Part shown: piece by piece, positions 45,995-59,176 of the stretch
Layout: each line of letters opens with the position of its first letter
Numbering within the stretch: the first letter of the stretch is position 1
Origin: the human T2T-CHM13v2.0 reference genome, Homo sapiens
Length of the DNA: 64,000 nucleotides
Assembly (NCBI RefSeq): GCF_009914755.1
Contig: NC_060935.1
Reading direction: 5' to 3' (one strand)
Program-made: the position numbers and the translations under genes
The notes under the pieces: generated by a model
Told to the model about the DNA's origin: nothing
Databases searched by the model: none
The model's input: only the letters and a program-made list of their open reading frames with translations

Positions 45995-46545
45995 TGTATT
46001 AGTCAGTGTTCTCTTAGAGGGACAGAACTAATAGAATAGATATCTACATGAAGGGGAGTTTTTTAGGAGAATTCACACACACAATCACAAGGTGAAGTCC
46101 CACAACAGGCCATCTGCAAGCTGAGGAACCAGGAAGCCAGTCTGAGTTCCAAAACCTCAAAGTAGGGAAGCGGATAATGCAGCCTTCGGTCTGTGGCTGA
46201 AGCTCAAGATCCCCTGGCAAATCACTGGTGTAAGTCCCAACAGTCCAAAAGCCAAAGAACTTGGGGTCCAATGTTCAAAGGCAGGAGGCATCCAGCACGA
46301 GAGACATATATATGGACTCCAGAAGACTTAGCCAGTCTAGTCCTTTCACGTTCCTCTGCCTGCTTTTATCCTAGCCACACTGGCAGCTGATTAGATGGTG
46401 CCTACCCAGACTAAGGGTGGGTCTGCCTTTCCCAGTCCACTGACTCAAATTTAATCTCCTTGGCAGTATCCTCACACACACACCCAGGAACAATACTTTG
46501 CACACTTCCATCCAATCAAGTTGGCACTCAATATTAACTATTACA
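45995..46545 (-). mobile_element. MLT2A2 (HERVL) solo LTR
   Basis: TGTATTAGTCAGTGTTCTC...CAAAACCTCAAAGTAGGGAAG...CCACTGACTCAAAT...CAATATTAACTATTACA, ~550 bp. Confidence 0.85.
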
Positions 46546-46547
46546 AA

Positions 46548-47560
46548 TGTCTTTGCTACTGTGAATAGCACAACTATGAACATATGAGTGGATTTGTCTT
46601 TTTGTATAATAGTCTATTTTCCTTTGGGTATACACCCAGTAATGGGACTGCTAGGTTCAATGGCAGCTTTCCTTTAAGTTCCTAGGGAAATCTCCAAACT
46701 GTTTTTCACAGCGGCTGAACTAATTTACATTCCCACGGTATATAAGCAGTCCCTTTTCTTAGAAGCCTCACCAGCATCTGTTGTTTTTTGACTTTTTAAT
46801 AATAGCTATTCTGACGGGGATAAATTGTTATATAATTGTGGTTATGATTTGTATTTCTCTGATGATTAGTGATGTTAAGCATTTATTCATGTTTGTTGGA
46901 CACTTTTATGTCTTATTTTGCAAAATGTCTGTCCATGTCCTTTGCCCATTTTTTAATGAGGTTGTTTTTTGCTTGTTGATTCGTTTCAGTTCCTTCTAGA
47001 TTCTGGATATTAGATCATTGTCAAATGCATACTTAGAGAATATTTTCTTCCATTCTTTATGTTATCTATTTGTTCTGTTGAGGTTTTTTTTATGTACAGA
47101 GGCTCTTTAGTTTAATTAGGAGGCACTTGTCAATTTTTGGTTTTGTTGTCATTGCTTTTGGGGACTTTTTGGGGACAAAAATTCTTTGCCAAGGCTAATG
47201 TGAAGAAAAATATTTCCTAGGTTTTCTTCTGGGATTTTTATAGTTTGAGGTCTTACATTTAAATCTTTAATCTATCTCGAGTTAATTTTTGTATATGGTG
47301 AAAGGTAAGGGTCCAGTTTCATTCTTCTGCATATGGCTAGCCAGTACCATTTATTGAATAAGGAGTCTTTTCCTCATTGCTTGCTCTCATCAGCCTTGTC
47401 AAAGATCAGATGGTTTTAGGTTTGTGGTTTTATGTCTGAGTTTTCTATTCTGTTTCGTTGTTCTATGTGTCTGTTTTTATACCAGTATCATGCTGTTTTG
47501 GTTACTATAGCCTTATAGCTAGCTTGAAGTCAGGCAATGTGATGCCTCCACCTTTGTTCC
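46548..47560 (-). mobile_element. L1PA15/16-like ORF2 fragment
   Basis: TTCCTTTGGGTATACACCCAGTAATGGGA...CCAGTTTCATTCTTCTGCATATGGCTAGCCAG...GTGATGCCTCCA. Confidence 0.82.
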
Positions 47561-48026
47561 TCTCTGAGTCTTAATATAGATAATTCCTCCCTGGACTTCC
47601 CATGGTTGTAGCTGTCCCATGAGGTAAAGAACTCATAGGTCAAAGGACCATGGCTACATTCTCATAACCTTCTAGACTTTTACAGGACCCAAGCATTCCC
47701 TGCCCAAGGAATCCACAGCCCACTTCCCCAAAGAAAGAAAGTTATCAAGCACATCACTATGCCAAAGAGGAGGCAGCTATTTGTGGAGTATGAAAACTTT
47801 GATTAATGGGCTGTGGTACCCATACAAATGCATCTGAAGCCCCTTGCAGTACGTGAAGAAAAAGAGAAGCAGCAGTAAAGCTGGGGGCTAAGTCCAAGCT
47901 ATCTTTGTGTGACCTACAGAAGACTTTGAGAATTTTATTTATAAGTTTAGACGTTGAGTTATTTTGAATATATATCTGTAAAGTTGATACAAGGACATAT
48001 TTTACTTATATTCTATTCTATATTAG

Positions 48027-48064
48027 GTGTATGTGTGTGTGTGTATGTATATATATATATATAT
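48027..48064. repeat. (TG)n(TA)n compound microsatellite
   Basis: Read directly from the sequence. Confidence 0.9.
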
Positions 48065-49544
48065 TTGTACATTTGTTCCATACCATTCTACGAATGTTAG
48101 GGGCAGAACTGTTGGAAAATATTCTCTTCAATCCACTAAGGAAATACTGCTTTGAACTCCAGAATTTCAACTGATGGGCCATTTATTTTGAAATTTTAAA
48201 TGCCTGAAGGAGAACTCTTTTTATTCTTCCCTCCCTCCAGGGCCTAAAATTTAAGTCTCTACCAGGGTAGAATCTCTGATAACTTAGGCTGTATCATTTT
48301 ACTTTTATTTCACCTCTAAATTCCAAATTACTCTTTCCTTTGATTAATTTTTAATATGTTATTTACTCGAAAATTAAGTACAGTGTAATGGAGTTGCCAA
48401 GAAGTAGGCCAAGGAAATGAGTGAAGAGTAGATTTCCTGTTAGCAATTCTGCATGATATATAGCATGAAAAAGTAATCAATTTTGATTGGAGATATTGTC
48501 TCCAGGGAAGCTAGTAAAAAATGAGCTTTCTTTGCTCGTAGTTGCAATATTATTGAAGCTTCTGAAATTGGGGTCATCAAGGGTTGACAGTTATTCTTTG
48601 GGGGCTTCCTCCTCATTATATCTCTAACTCTACATATCTTTTCTAAATGCCTACTTGCTACATTGTTTCAAAAGATTTGAACCTGCCAAATAGAATATAA
48701 AGAAATATTTCCCCATTTCCCTCCTTGCATATCACAGGTAGGGATGTATCAAATCTGAACTCTTTATCATAGCAAAATTTGTGACTAATGGACAAAAGTT
48801 ATCACTATTGGAGGTAAAAATATTTTATAAACATAAAATAATAAAATATAACAATAAAAATCACAAGAAAGATGAACTCAGGAGGATATTTGTTCTAGAT
48901 GTCTGTCTTGCTAGTGATTATCCATTTAGGTAGGGTCTCCATATTTAATCTTGCACTTCTTTGTAGACTTGCACATCATCAACTTAATCGTATGTTATGC
49001 AAGAAGAAATTCCTTTTTTTGCTTCTATAGCAAAGTGTACCTTCCTACTTTATTTCTTAAGACCTTAGATACAAAACCTTGTCTGAAATATTAAAAGACC
49101 TAGCCTTAGTAGTATCTCTGATAATAGTGTATTTAGTATTCACTGAACACTCAGTATCCAATATTTAAAATCAGGTAGTCATATAACATTATCTTTTAAG
49201 GCCCTTCAAGGTAGAAATATTCGATACCAAGATATTTTTTTCTTTCTAGATTAAGTAACATATCCTAAGATGAATGTATGCATACTTACACAAACCTTGA
49301 GGGTATACATTAAGGAAGCAGCTATTATATAACTTTAAAATGGGATCAGACAGTAAATTATTTACAGATTAGTTGGCTCATCATAGGCATAGCAAAAATT
49401 GGTATCAGATTTTTTATTTTTACTCTTTCCATTTTTTGCTATGCATCATATATCCTGACATATTTTACAAGTTTCTTAGTGACAATAAGTTATTTCCTTT
49501 ACTGCTGAACCTCATAAAATAAAATTCAATAGATCATAACTTAC

Positions 49545-50222
49545 ATATTTGCTAATTGTCTGTTCCCCCAAGTTCATATGTTGAAAAGTAATCCTTTTTT
49601 TTTTTTTTTTTTTTTTTTTGTGATGGAGTCTCGCTCTGTCACCCAGGCTGGAGTGCGGTGGTGCGATCTCGGCTCACTGCAAGCTCCACCTCTCGGGTTC
49701 ACACCATTCTCCTGCCTCAGCCTCCTGAGTAGCTGAGACTACAGGTCGCATCAGGCCTGCCATCACGCCTGGCTAATTTTTTGTATTTTTAGTAGAAAGG
49801 AGGTTTCACCGTGTTATCCAGGAATGTCTCGATCTCCTGACCTCGTGCTCGGCCGCTTTGGCCTCCCAAAGTGTTAGGATTACAGGCGTGAGCCACCATG
49901 CCCGGCTGGAAACTAATTCTTAATGTGATAGGATTAAGATGTAAGGCTTTGGTAGGTGATTAGGTCATGAGGGTCAAGCTGTCTTGAATGATATTAGTGC
50001 CCTTATAAAAGAAGCCCCAGAGAGCTGCCTTGACCCTTATATGTTAGGACACCATGAGAAGGAATCACCTACAAGAAACAGCACCCCTACTAGACATCAA
50101 ATCTGCTGGTGCCTTGGCAGTTGACTTTTCAGCCTCCGGAACTATGAGAAATTAATTTCTTTTGCTTATAAACAACTCGGCTTATGGTATTTTCTTATTG
50201 CAGCCCATGTGGAACTAAGACA
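49545..50222 (+). mobile_element. MLT1A/A0 MaLR solo LTR, interrupted by AluY
   Basis: CCCCAAGTTCATATGTTGAAA | GATTAGGTCATGAGGG...ATTAGTGCCCTTATAAAAGA...ATCTGCTGGTGCCTTG...ACTAAGACA. Confidence 0.8.
49595..49907 (-). mobile_element. AluY SINE
   Basis: Poly-T, then CTGCAAGCTCC and TTCACACCATTCTCC (Y diagnostics). Small insertion near 49746. Confidence 0.92.
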
Positions 50223-50878
50223 AGATTGATGTTTAATATGCTTAGAAATATTGCATCAAGATAGCTACTGAGCCTTGGCCCACTCCTTACTATATCGTGA
50301 GACATCCTGCATAATTAAATCAGTCTAAAGACATGGTCCTAATATTATGAAAATGAAAATGTACTCTTACATTTGGGCTGGATGTGCAAAGAAAACACTT
50401 ACCACATCATTAGATAAAAAACTAAAGTTTGGAGACTAACCAAGCCTATTCCCTACTAGAGTTCGGTATGAAAACTAATGATAAGCCATTGTTATCTTGT
50501 GGATCACTGTACTTTCCTTATTTTCGGCTCATTAAGGTCTTCTTGATTCTTTCCAACACCTAAATTTTGCCCTTTCATTTCTCAATTCTTTATGTTAGTC
50601 AGTCCACAATTGCCTTTCATTAAATTATCTTAAATACTTGTAATTATGCTCAATGTGAAACTCAAAGCCCTTAGTCTATATAAACCTATAATTCCATACT
50701 TCTTTATTATGTTACATTCATACAAGATTTCTTGATTATCATTTTAACTCTCAGGAAACATGAAATTTATTCATACCTTACAGCTTATACATTTAACTTT
50801 CCTATGCCTGGAGAGCCATTTAATATAAGTTTATGTCTGTATTCTTACTGTTGTTCAAAATTCAGCTTAAATATCCTC

Positions 50879-50886
50879 AATTATTA

Positions 50887-50923
<37 letters not shown>

Positions 50924-51203
50924 AGAGGGAGTCTCGTTCTGTCACCCATTCTGGAGTGCAGTGGTACAATCTTGGCTCACTGCAACCTCCGCCTCCTGGG
51001 TTCAAGCAATTCTCCTGGCCCAGCCTCCCGACTAGCTGTGTTTACAGGCATGTGCCACCACACCCAGCTAATTTTTGTATTTTATTACAGATGGGGTTTC
51101 ATCCTGTTGGCCAGGCTGGTCTCAAACTCCTGACCTCAGGGGATCCACTGGCCTCGGCCTCCCAAAATGCTAGGATTACAAGCTTGAGCCACTCTGCCTG
51201 GCC
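50879..51203 (-). mobile_element. AluS (Sx-like) SINE
   Basis: 32-T tail. TSD AATATCCTC at 50870-50878 and 51204-51212. Confidence 0.93.
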
Positions 51204-51209
51204 AATATC

Positions 51210-51482
51210 CTCTCTTCAGTGAGTCATTCTTACATAACCTAATCCAAAGTATAGTAATTCTGTTTTGCTTCCATCACCATCAGCTCTATTGCATAATTCT
51301 GTTTTATATGGTTTATTTATTTATTTTTTTACTTGTGCCTTATGTCTCCTTCATCCCCTGTCTCTCAAGAATTTGAACATCCTGGCAGAAGAGACTTTTT
51401 CTCATTCATAGTTACATCTTCTGCATCTGGGAGAGCCTTCCAAATATTAAGTGCTCAATAAATATTTGTTGAATGAATGAAA
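51210..51482 (+). mobile_element. L2a 3' end
   Basis: Ends GTGCTCAATAAATATTTGTTGAATGAATGAA. Confidence 0.75.
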
Positions 51483-51513
51483 TAGGTTAAACACATATCT
51501 GCCCTCTTTCTTA

Positions 51514-51536
51514 TACACACACACACACACACACAC
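51514..51536. repeat. (CA)n microsatellite, ~11 units
   Basis: Read directly from the sequence. Confidence 0.9.
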
Positions 51537-54500
51537 TTTCTTCTCCCATCCTGATTAAGAAGTAAATAGCACTCGAAGCTTACAACAAATCTTAATGCAG
51601 AACCAGAGGAAGGTGTGACTTCTAAAATTATCTTACCACTTTTATCACAAATGGCATTTATTTTGCCATGACTAAAGAAAGACATATTTTTTATGCTCTG
51701 TTTCTGTGCTGGGTCCAGTGGTGAATTTATACACACTACCTTAATCATATCTGCTTTAAGATAAAACTTGTATCTCAAGGACAAAATATGTGTGAATATC
51801 ATACCAAGCATACTAAAAAGCATATAGCCATAGAATAAACAAAATAAATTTGTATTAAGAGTGAATGAAATCAAAGTTAATAAAAAAATTTCTGCAAGAA
51901 ATGTGGTAAAGGGCTATTATAAAGATTAATTAATACCACTAACAAAATGAGAGGCAGAAGCTAAAACTCATAATTTACGAAATACTAAAGATGTCAAGGA
52001 GTTTTCAAAAATCTATCATCGGTGATAATGTCAAAAATATAGTTTAAAATGAAAAAAACTATCTTACTCAATTATAATGAATATGGAATGAATAAGATAG
52101 TATAGCATATTTATAAATTTGAAGGGGCTGTTTTCATTACATGTAGAAACAACAATATGATTTAGTATGCAAAGAGGGTCTGAAATAATTAAATGAATAT
52201 GAATCTCTAAGAAATTAATTATCATTGGACAAAGCAACTAAGATTATGTCTGCATTTAGATAGGTGGAGATTAGTCTTTTTTCCAAAATAAATCATGCAT
52301 TCAGTTTATTTTTTAAAAAAGAATGTTCATTCATTCATATTTAATGCAACCATTTACAAAAGAAATATTTTTCAAGAAGACACTATGTGACATAAACTGT
52401 AAAAATATTGAGACTACAGAAATATAAATAATTATGGTAGGAACCATGCCCATACGAATTTTCAACCATATAAAGGAAGTGAGGAAGCAAAGAAAAAATT
52501 AGAATTGTAATATAAAGCTAGAAAAAAATAATGGAAATGCCCACATTAGAGGTTCTGCCACATTATTACAGGAATTTAGATAATGAGTAATTAACAAAGT
52601 GATTTTGGTATAGAACATTTGAAGGATGAGATGTTAAGGGTCAGGTTAGGAGTCTGGGGGCAGAGTAGAGGTGCGATATTCAAGGAAAAATGGATTGGTT
52701 AAGCAATGTTCCAACATACCACATTTGCAGCATCCTTTAAAACAAAAACATTGTATGAGGCAATAATAAACAACACAATCACCATCACACTAAAACAATG
52801 TTCCACGTTGTCTTTAAAGGCATCCATGATCATCCTTGTGTTGAATTGGTGCTCCTTCGGGATCATATTGTTGTTTAGACTGAATCATTTACTGCCCTGA
52901 CCTAGCTTCCTTATATACTCACCAGGCTGTTATTATTGATCTCACTAAGCAAGGTATTATGTTTGGTGGCAGTTTGGCATTAAATTTCTATCTCTGCCTT
53001 GTAGCAAATCACATCCTGCTCACTGAATGACCTTCTTCATGAAACAGTTTGTCTGATAGGCCTCATCATAATACCAAGTATTTATACTTATATAAAAATA
53101 GATTTTTAAAATGGGTCAAAATTTGACAATATATCTGTGAAAATTTTGTTGTTTACTGATGAAGAAACAGTATGCTAGACGTAATACTTCAGAGAAGGCC
53201 AGTTCATCTAAAATCAATAAGAAGCTGAGTGACTGAAGTTAACCTAGAGCATAAATAAGTTGAGTGTGGAAGTTTAGATGGCAATACGAAGGATCAGACT
53301 GTAAAGTTTCTTAAATGTCCCACTAAGAAAATTAAATTTTTTTATTAAACAATGAAAAAGATGATAAAATAGAGAAATCACTCTACCCAAACTGTGCTTT
53401 AGGAAAATTTTAATCCATGCGGCAAAGTATGCCTCATGGATTCAAAAGTATGGGGAGGTCAAAATTAGGGCAACTCGTTAGAATGTTGTCGTGAAAGCAA
53501 CTATTACTAGCTTAAATACAAAAAATTGGAGAGAAAATAAAATGGAATGAATTGTCTATAAAAGTTACAGCAAATTCGATCCAACGTTATGTGGGATGTA
53601 GAAAATCTAATACATGCTAAATTTGGTAAAATTACCTATACTAATGAAGTGCAAGATAATATAACTTTTATTATTACAATACCAACATTGTAATTCTGTC
53701 TAAAGGTTGACTAGATTATAACCAAGTTTGAGAATATCAGTAAATTATAGCCATGATTTTTTTTTTTCTATTCTACACTCTTAGAGTAAGTTATCAGGTC
53801 CTCTGTGGCCTGGGGGCTGCTGAACGTGAAGACTGCTCTTGCATAACCTACTGTGGAATCCAGAAAACTATAAGCTAAAACTATAGCATTGTTTCCTCTC
53901 CTGGATGTGATTTAATGGTAATCAATGTCACTTACCAACTCATTAAAAAACCTTCTTCACAGCTCATCAAAAACGAAAAGAAAACCTGGGGGGTTGGAAC
54001 TTTGCAGTCAATTAAAAAACAAAGGCACCCAGCATTTTTAAAAATATAATTTTAAAAGAGTACATAAAATAATAGCTAAACAGAAACCCTTGTTAGTAAT
54101 TGAAAACTCTGCTTCGATTTGGCATCGAGTTTATAAAGAGGCTTGGGGCACGTATATAAGGCTGTTGTTCAAAGACAGAGTCTAAACCTAACAACCTAAA
54201 CAACAAAAAGCACATTTTACCTTCTAAATTGCAAAAGCATCCTCTTCTTCTCTCATTCTTAGGGCATTTTTAGTTTGATTCTCTTCAAACTACTCTGCTA
54301 CTTTTCAAGACCACAATATATTTACAATGACAACAAATCACAGCTATACTCAATACTAACGTTTACAGTATGAAAAATTTTTACTTGTTCTCATGAATTT
54401 TTGTTTTATCTAAGGATCTTACCACTCAAATTAGGGATGTTCACTAGAAATTTGAATAGATTTCTAAAGATATTTTCTCTATTTGGCTCTGTAGGAAATA

Positions 54501-55088
54501 TCAGTTGTAAATGTGTATCTATAACTAAAAATATGTACATATTTTTCCTCTGAGGGCCACTTGTTTTTGCTCTAATTGCCAGAAAAAAAAATACATTTAA
54601 AAAATTAGAACTAGTTATTCGAGCAGCCTGTATTTAATTTTAAACAGTTGGAAGAGATTTCTATACAATCTATATTGTAACATAAATTAAAAAGTGACAA
54701 CTTTTAAAAACATGCTAGTGTTCTCTTCTTTAAAAAGTGGTCTAGACTAAAAGCCTAATTTTTTTCTTGAGACATTCTATGAGACAGCTGAGAGTTACCA
54801 CTTACAATCTTTAATGAAAGTGTGTTCAAATTTGCCAAGAAGGTAATTATAAGTTAATGGTCAAATACAAGAATCTAACATGCAATTATATCAACAAAAT
54901 TACTATAGTAATTTCTTCCACATACCTACTTTAAAAAAAAAAAGTGTTGGCTAGTAATAGAAGAAAAACTTACTAGTCAAAATTTTTTCCAGGACACTCA
55001 ATCAATGCTAACTTGGAAACACTAGTTATTTTTTGTTTTGTTATTCTGGTAAAAAAAATAAAAAGTTTTCTGTGCATTCTGCCATTTC

Positions 55089-55145
55089 ATTTGCTCTACA
55101 AATAAAGCAAAAAGATTTGCTCTACAAATAAAGCAAAAAGATTTG
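55089..55145. repeat. Perfect 26-bp tandem duplication
   Basis: ATTTGCTCTACAAATAAAGCAAAAAG twice, followed by ATTTG. Confidence 0.97.
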
Positions 55146-56464
55146 GTCCAGTGAAACTGACTAAAAAACTGCATCCTCTTTCAGTATAGAAAATAAATTA
55201 TTTCTATTTCATCTCCAGTAGTTCTTCTTACTTGGAAGCCATAGGAAGTCTTCAGAAATCCATAACACAGAACAGCTGCATTATGTAGCTTTCAGACTGC
55301 TTTCTTTCACCCTTTTGAAAAAGTGTTTTTCTTTGGGAAAAAAAAAAGTTTGCAAAGACTCAGAGAAAAGAACTAAATTTTATTTAATTTTCTCACAAAT
55401 CTCACAAAGGCTCCCTCTACTTAAAAGCATATTTCCAAAAAAATACAGTGTGTTCTACAGTAATATAAGTTAAAAAGGCAAATTGAGAAACAAACCCCCA
55501 AACTGTGAAAAAATAACTTGCCTGAATTAATCAAGTAATTTAAAACTATATTTTTTGTATTTGCTTTTATCAACAATAGATAACTATACTATTATTTTAT
55601 TATATAATCATCAGATCACACTTCACCCTAATTAACTTTTCTATTTGACAGAGTTGTCACCAGTACATATGCCTCTTTCTGCACAGTCTTCAACAACTAA
55701 GATTGAAAAATTAAAGATCTGAAGGTTTTACCATACTGATTTTTTTACCACTGTTGATATATTTTATTATTTCTCATCATCAAGCTATTATCAGAAAAAT
55801 GCAATTTACTAAATTATCATTTATTCTGTTTCCAATTTTATTGTCATTATGAGTAACCCTAGAGATGGCATTAGTGCTCATCAAAATTTATTTGTATTTT
55901 TTAATTTTTCTATTATCAGAGATTTCTGGAAGAGTTACTGGAACAATTGATTTAAATACATTGAGGCCCTCAAATCATTTTCCAGATAAGTTAATGAAAT
56001 TACATCTTAGGAGTGGCTTCTCCTTGATCCCTTTTCAATTTTCAGAGTATTCGTTTTTTAATGGTGATAATCTAAGTAAAATGGCAGATTATCTTTTATT
56101 ATGAAAATTACACACAAATATGGCAAGATATAAATATGCACATAGTACAAAAACGGTACATAGGATTACACAATACAAAGTGTTTCCTATCCACCCCACA
56201 CCTCTAGTTTCACACTCCATGAATAACTATAATACAGAAAATGACTCTTCAATATTTGTGGTGAGCCCCAATATCTCTCCACCTTCCTTTTCCCCCACTC
56301 CTTGTCCCTTAGCTTATAGGCCAGCCATGGCCAAGGCAAGTAAAAAGTTTTATTCACTATTGCTGGCAACTAAAAACTCTGTGACACACCCAATATCAGA
56401 TGTTTGAACATGTTTTCTCCTCTAGCACTCACAGCAACTCAATGAGGTGAATGTATTTATTCTT

Positions 56465-56778
56465 TTTTTTTTTTTTTTTTTTTTTTTTTTGAGACGGAGT
56501 CTCGCTCTGTCGCCCAGGCCCGACTGCGGACTGCAGTGGCGCAATCTCGGCTCACTGAAAGCTCCGCTTCCCGGGTTCACGCCATTCTCCTGCCTCAGCC
56601 TCCCGAGTAGCTGGGACTACAGGCGCCCGCCACCGCGCCCGGCTAATTTTTTGTATTTTTAGTAGAGACGGGGTTTCACCTTGTTAGCCAGGATGGTCTC
56701 GATCTCCTGACCTCATGATCCACCCGCCTCGGCCTCCCAAAGTGCTGGGATTACAGGCGTGAGCCACCGCGCCCGGCC
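56465..56778 (-). mobile_element. AluYb8 (human-specific young Alu)
   Basis: 7-bp Yb insertion (GACTGCGGACTGCAG), plus TTCACCTTGTTAGCC, CCTCATGATCCACCC and GCTCCGCTTCCCGGG. CpGs intact. Perfect 16-bp TSD GAATGTATTTATTCTT at 56449-56464 and 56779-56794. Confidence 0.96.
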
Positions 56779-57014
56779 GAATGTATTTATTCTTATTCTA
56801 CAGCAAGCCAATCATCAGCAACAACACAAAATTGCTTGTCCAGCATCCTATAGTTGGTAAATATAGAAGTTAAATTCATACATTTATCTCTCTGGCTCCT
56901 AAGGCCAATATAGCTAGGTGAAAAGTGAATGTATTCAGTTTTTAAACTCACTAATTCTTGACAATCAACTTGAATTTGCATTTATTTGGTGACATTCCTC
57001 TTGAATCTATTTAA

Positions 57015-57325
57015 TTTTTAATAATAGCATTATTAATATATAATTTATTTACAATAAATTCACCCTTTTCATGATTTTTAGTATAGTCTCAGTTATACAA
57101 CCCTACCCATTATCTAATTGTAAAACATTTTCATAACCCCAAAAAGAACTCCATACTAATTAGCAGCCACTTCTCATTTTTTCTTTCTTGCCAGCATCTG
57201 ATAGCCATTAATCTGGTTTCTTTTTTTTTTCTCTATGGATTTGCCTATTCTGAACATTTCATATAAATAGAATAATAATATAGGTGGCTTTTTGTGTCTA
57301 TCTTAACATAATATGTTTAAGTTCA
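57015..57325 (-). mobile_element. L1MB7/8-like 3' fragment
   Basis: ACATTTTCATAACCCCAAAAAGAA...CTCTATGGATTTGCCTATTCTGAACATTTCATATAAAT. Confidence 0.75.
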
Positions 57326-57432
57326 TTTTAAGTTTATAATAAAACCAATTTGAAAAAGGATCAAGCAACTATGGTGGAAAAATCAATTTTTAAATTGTTT
57401 TCCTCAGAAAGCTTCTTCTACATGGATCTTAG

Positions 57433-57817
<385 letters not shown>

Positions 57818-57959
57818 TCAGGATCTTAATTATGCTCATGTGCAGTGTACATCTCCAAGAGAATGAGACTGTATGCATCATTTCCTAAATATATTTGATT
57901 ACAGAGATCCTTTTCTTTGACGAAGAATCCAGTGATACAAGGGACAGGTGAAATAAACT

Positions 57960-58185
57960 TTTGAATAGAATGAAATAGCAGAAAGGACATTGTCTTCAGT
58001 AAGACCGTCCTGGGATGATTAACTATTTCTCTACTTATTAGTTATGAGACTTTAGGCAAATTGTTAAAACTTTGAGATAGTCTTTTATCACCTGGAAAAT
58101 ATAAATATAAATCCCATTAAATAAAAGAAATACAGAATCTAATGTGATAATTTATGTAAAATCATGCAATATAATGTTCACTACA
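57960..58185 (+). mobile_element. MIR fragment
   Basis: CTACTTATTAGTTATGAGACTTTAGGCAAATTGTT...ATCACCTGGAAAAT. Confidence 0.55.
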
Positions 58186-58622
58186 GAGTTAAAATCTACT
58201 CTATTTTGTAGATTCTGAAGTTAAATCAGTATGTCACAGAAATGGCAAATCATTTCAATCCAAAAATTGAGTAATTAGATAAAAGAAAAGTTATGAAATC
58301 TTAATTTTTAGTGTCTAATTTACTTAGACTTTCTGGTTTTAGAAAATGTGAGTACACTAACTACAAGATCCATTTCTGCAACATCAACCATCTGTAACCC
58401 GAACAAAAATGTTGATATAAAAAGGAAGTCGCTTAATATGGCTGTCCCAATAATTGGGTATATTGTTCCATTAGAGGGGACAGTGCTGTATTTAGAGACA
58501 ACAATTGAAAGAGTGCTAAAAACATTTTCTACAAATGTAATCAACATTGCACTTCACATATGTTCTCATTAGTCCTTTGATATTGGAGTTAGACATTTTT
58601 ATATTTTGTTTCTGATATATCA

Positions 58623-59176
58623 TTTTTTATTGTGGTAAGAACACATAATATGGTATCTACCCTTTTCACAAATTGTCAAGTGTATAGTACAATATTGTTA
58701 ACTATAAGCACAGTACAGCTTGTACAGCGGATCTCCAAACTTACTCATTTCGCATGACTGAAACTTTTTTTCTATTGAACAGTTACTTCACATTTCCCCT
58801 GCCCTCAGCCCCTGATAACCTCCATTCTACTTTCTGCTTATATGAGTTTGCCAATTTTAGATACCCCACAGAAAGAAGAATCATTAGCATAATGTTTTTA
58901 AGGTTCATCCATGTATTGCATATGGCAGGACTTCCTTTTCTGTGATTGAATAATATTCCATTGTATGCATATATCTCATATTCCTTATATATTCATTTAT
59001 TGATGGACATTTAAATTGTTTTCTCATCTAGGCTACTGTGAATAATGCTGCAATAAACATGAGGGTAAAAATATAATTTTGAGATCTTGTTTTAATTATT
59101 TTTGATACTCAGAGGTGGAATTGCTGGATTATAGCGCAATTCTATTTTTAGTTTTTTGAGGAACCTTCCATACTGC
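58623..59176 (-). mobile_element. L1MA9/10-like 3' fragment
   Basis: TTATTGTGGTAAGAACACATAATATG...TGTACAGCGGATCTC...GGCTACTGTGAATAATGCTGCAATAAACAT. Confidence 0.8.

Noticed and set aside
50732-51222. ORFs containing LECSG/SASQVAG-type peptides (also at 8.8, 11.8, 20.6, 24.1, 56.4 and 57.4 kb)
   Set aside because: Standard Alu-derived translation artefacts.
54130-54162. Two TATA-like boxes
   Set aside because: TATA motifs are abundant in DNA this AT-rich, and there is no other promoter evidence.
58362-58391. Possible 30-nt minus-strand micro-exon (TTACAG|ATGGTTGATG...GTA|GTTAGT)
   Set aside because: Weak donor, no recognisable peptide and no partner exons. Expected by chance in 64 kb.
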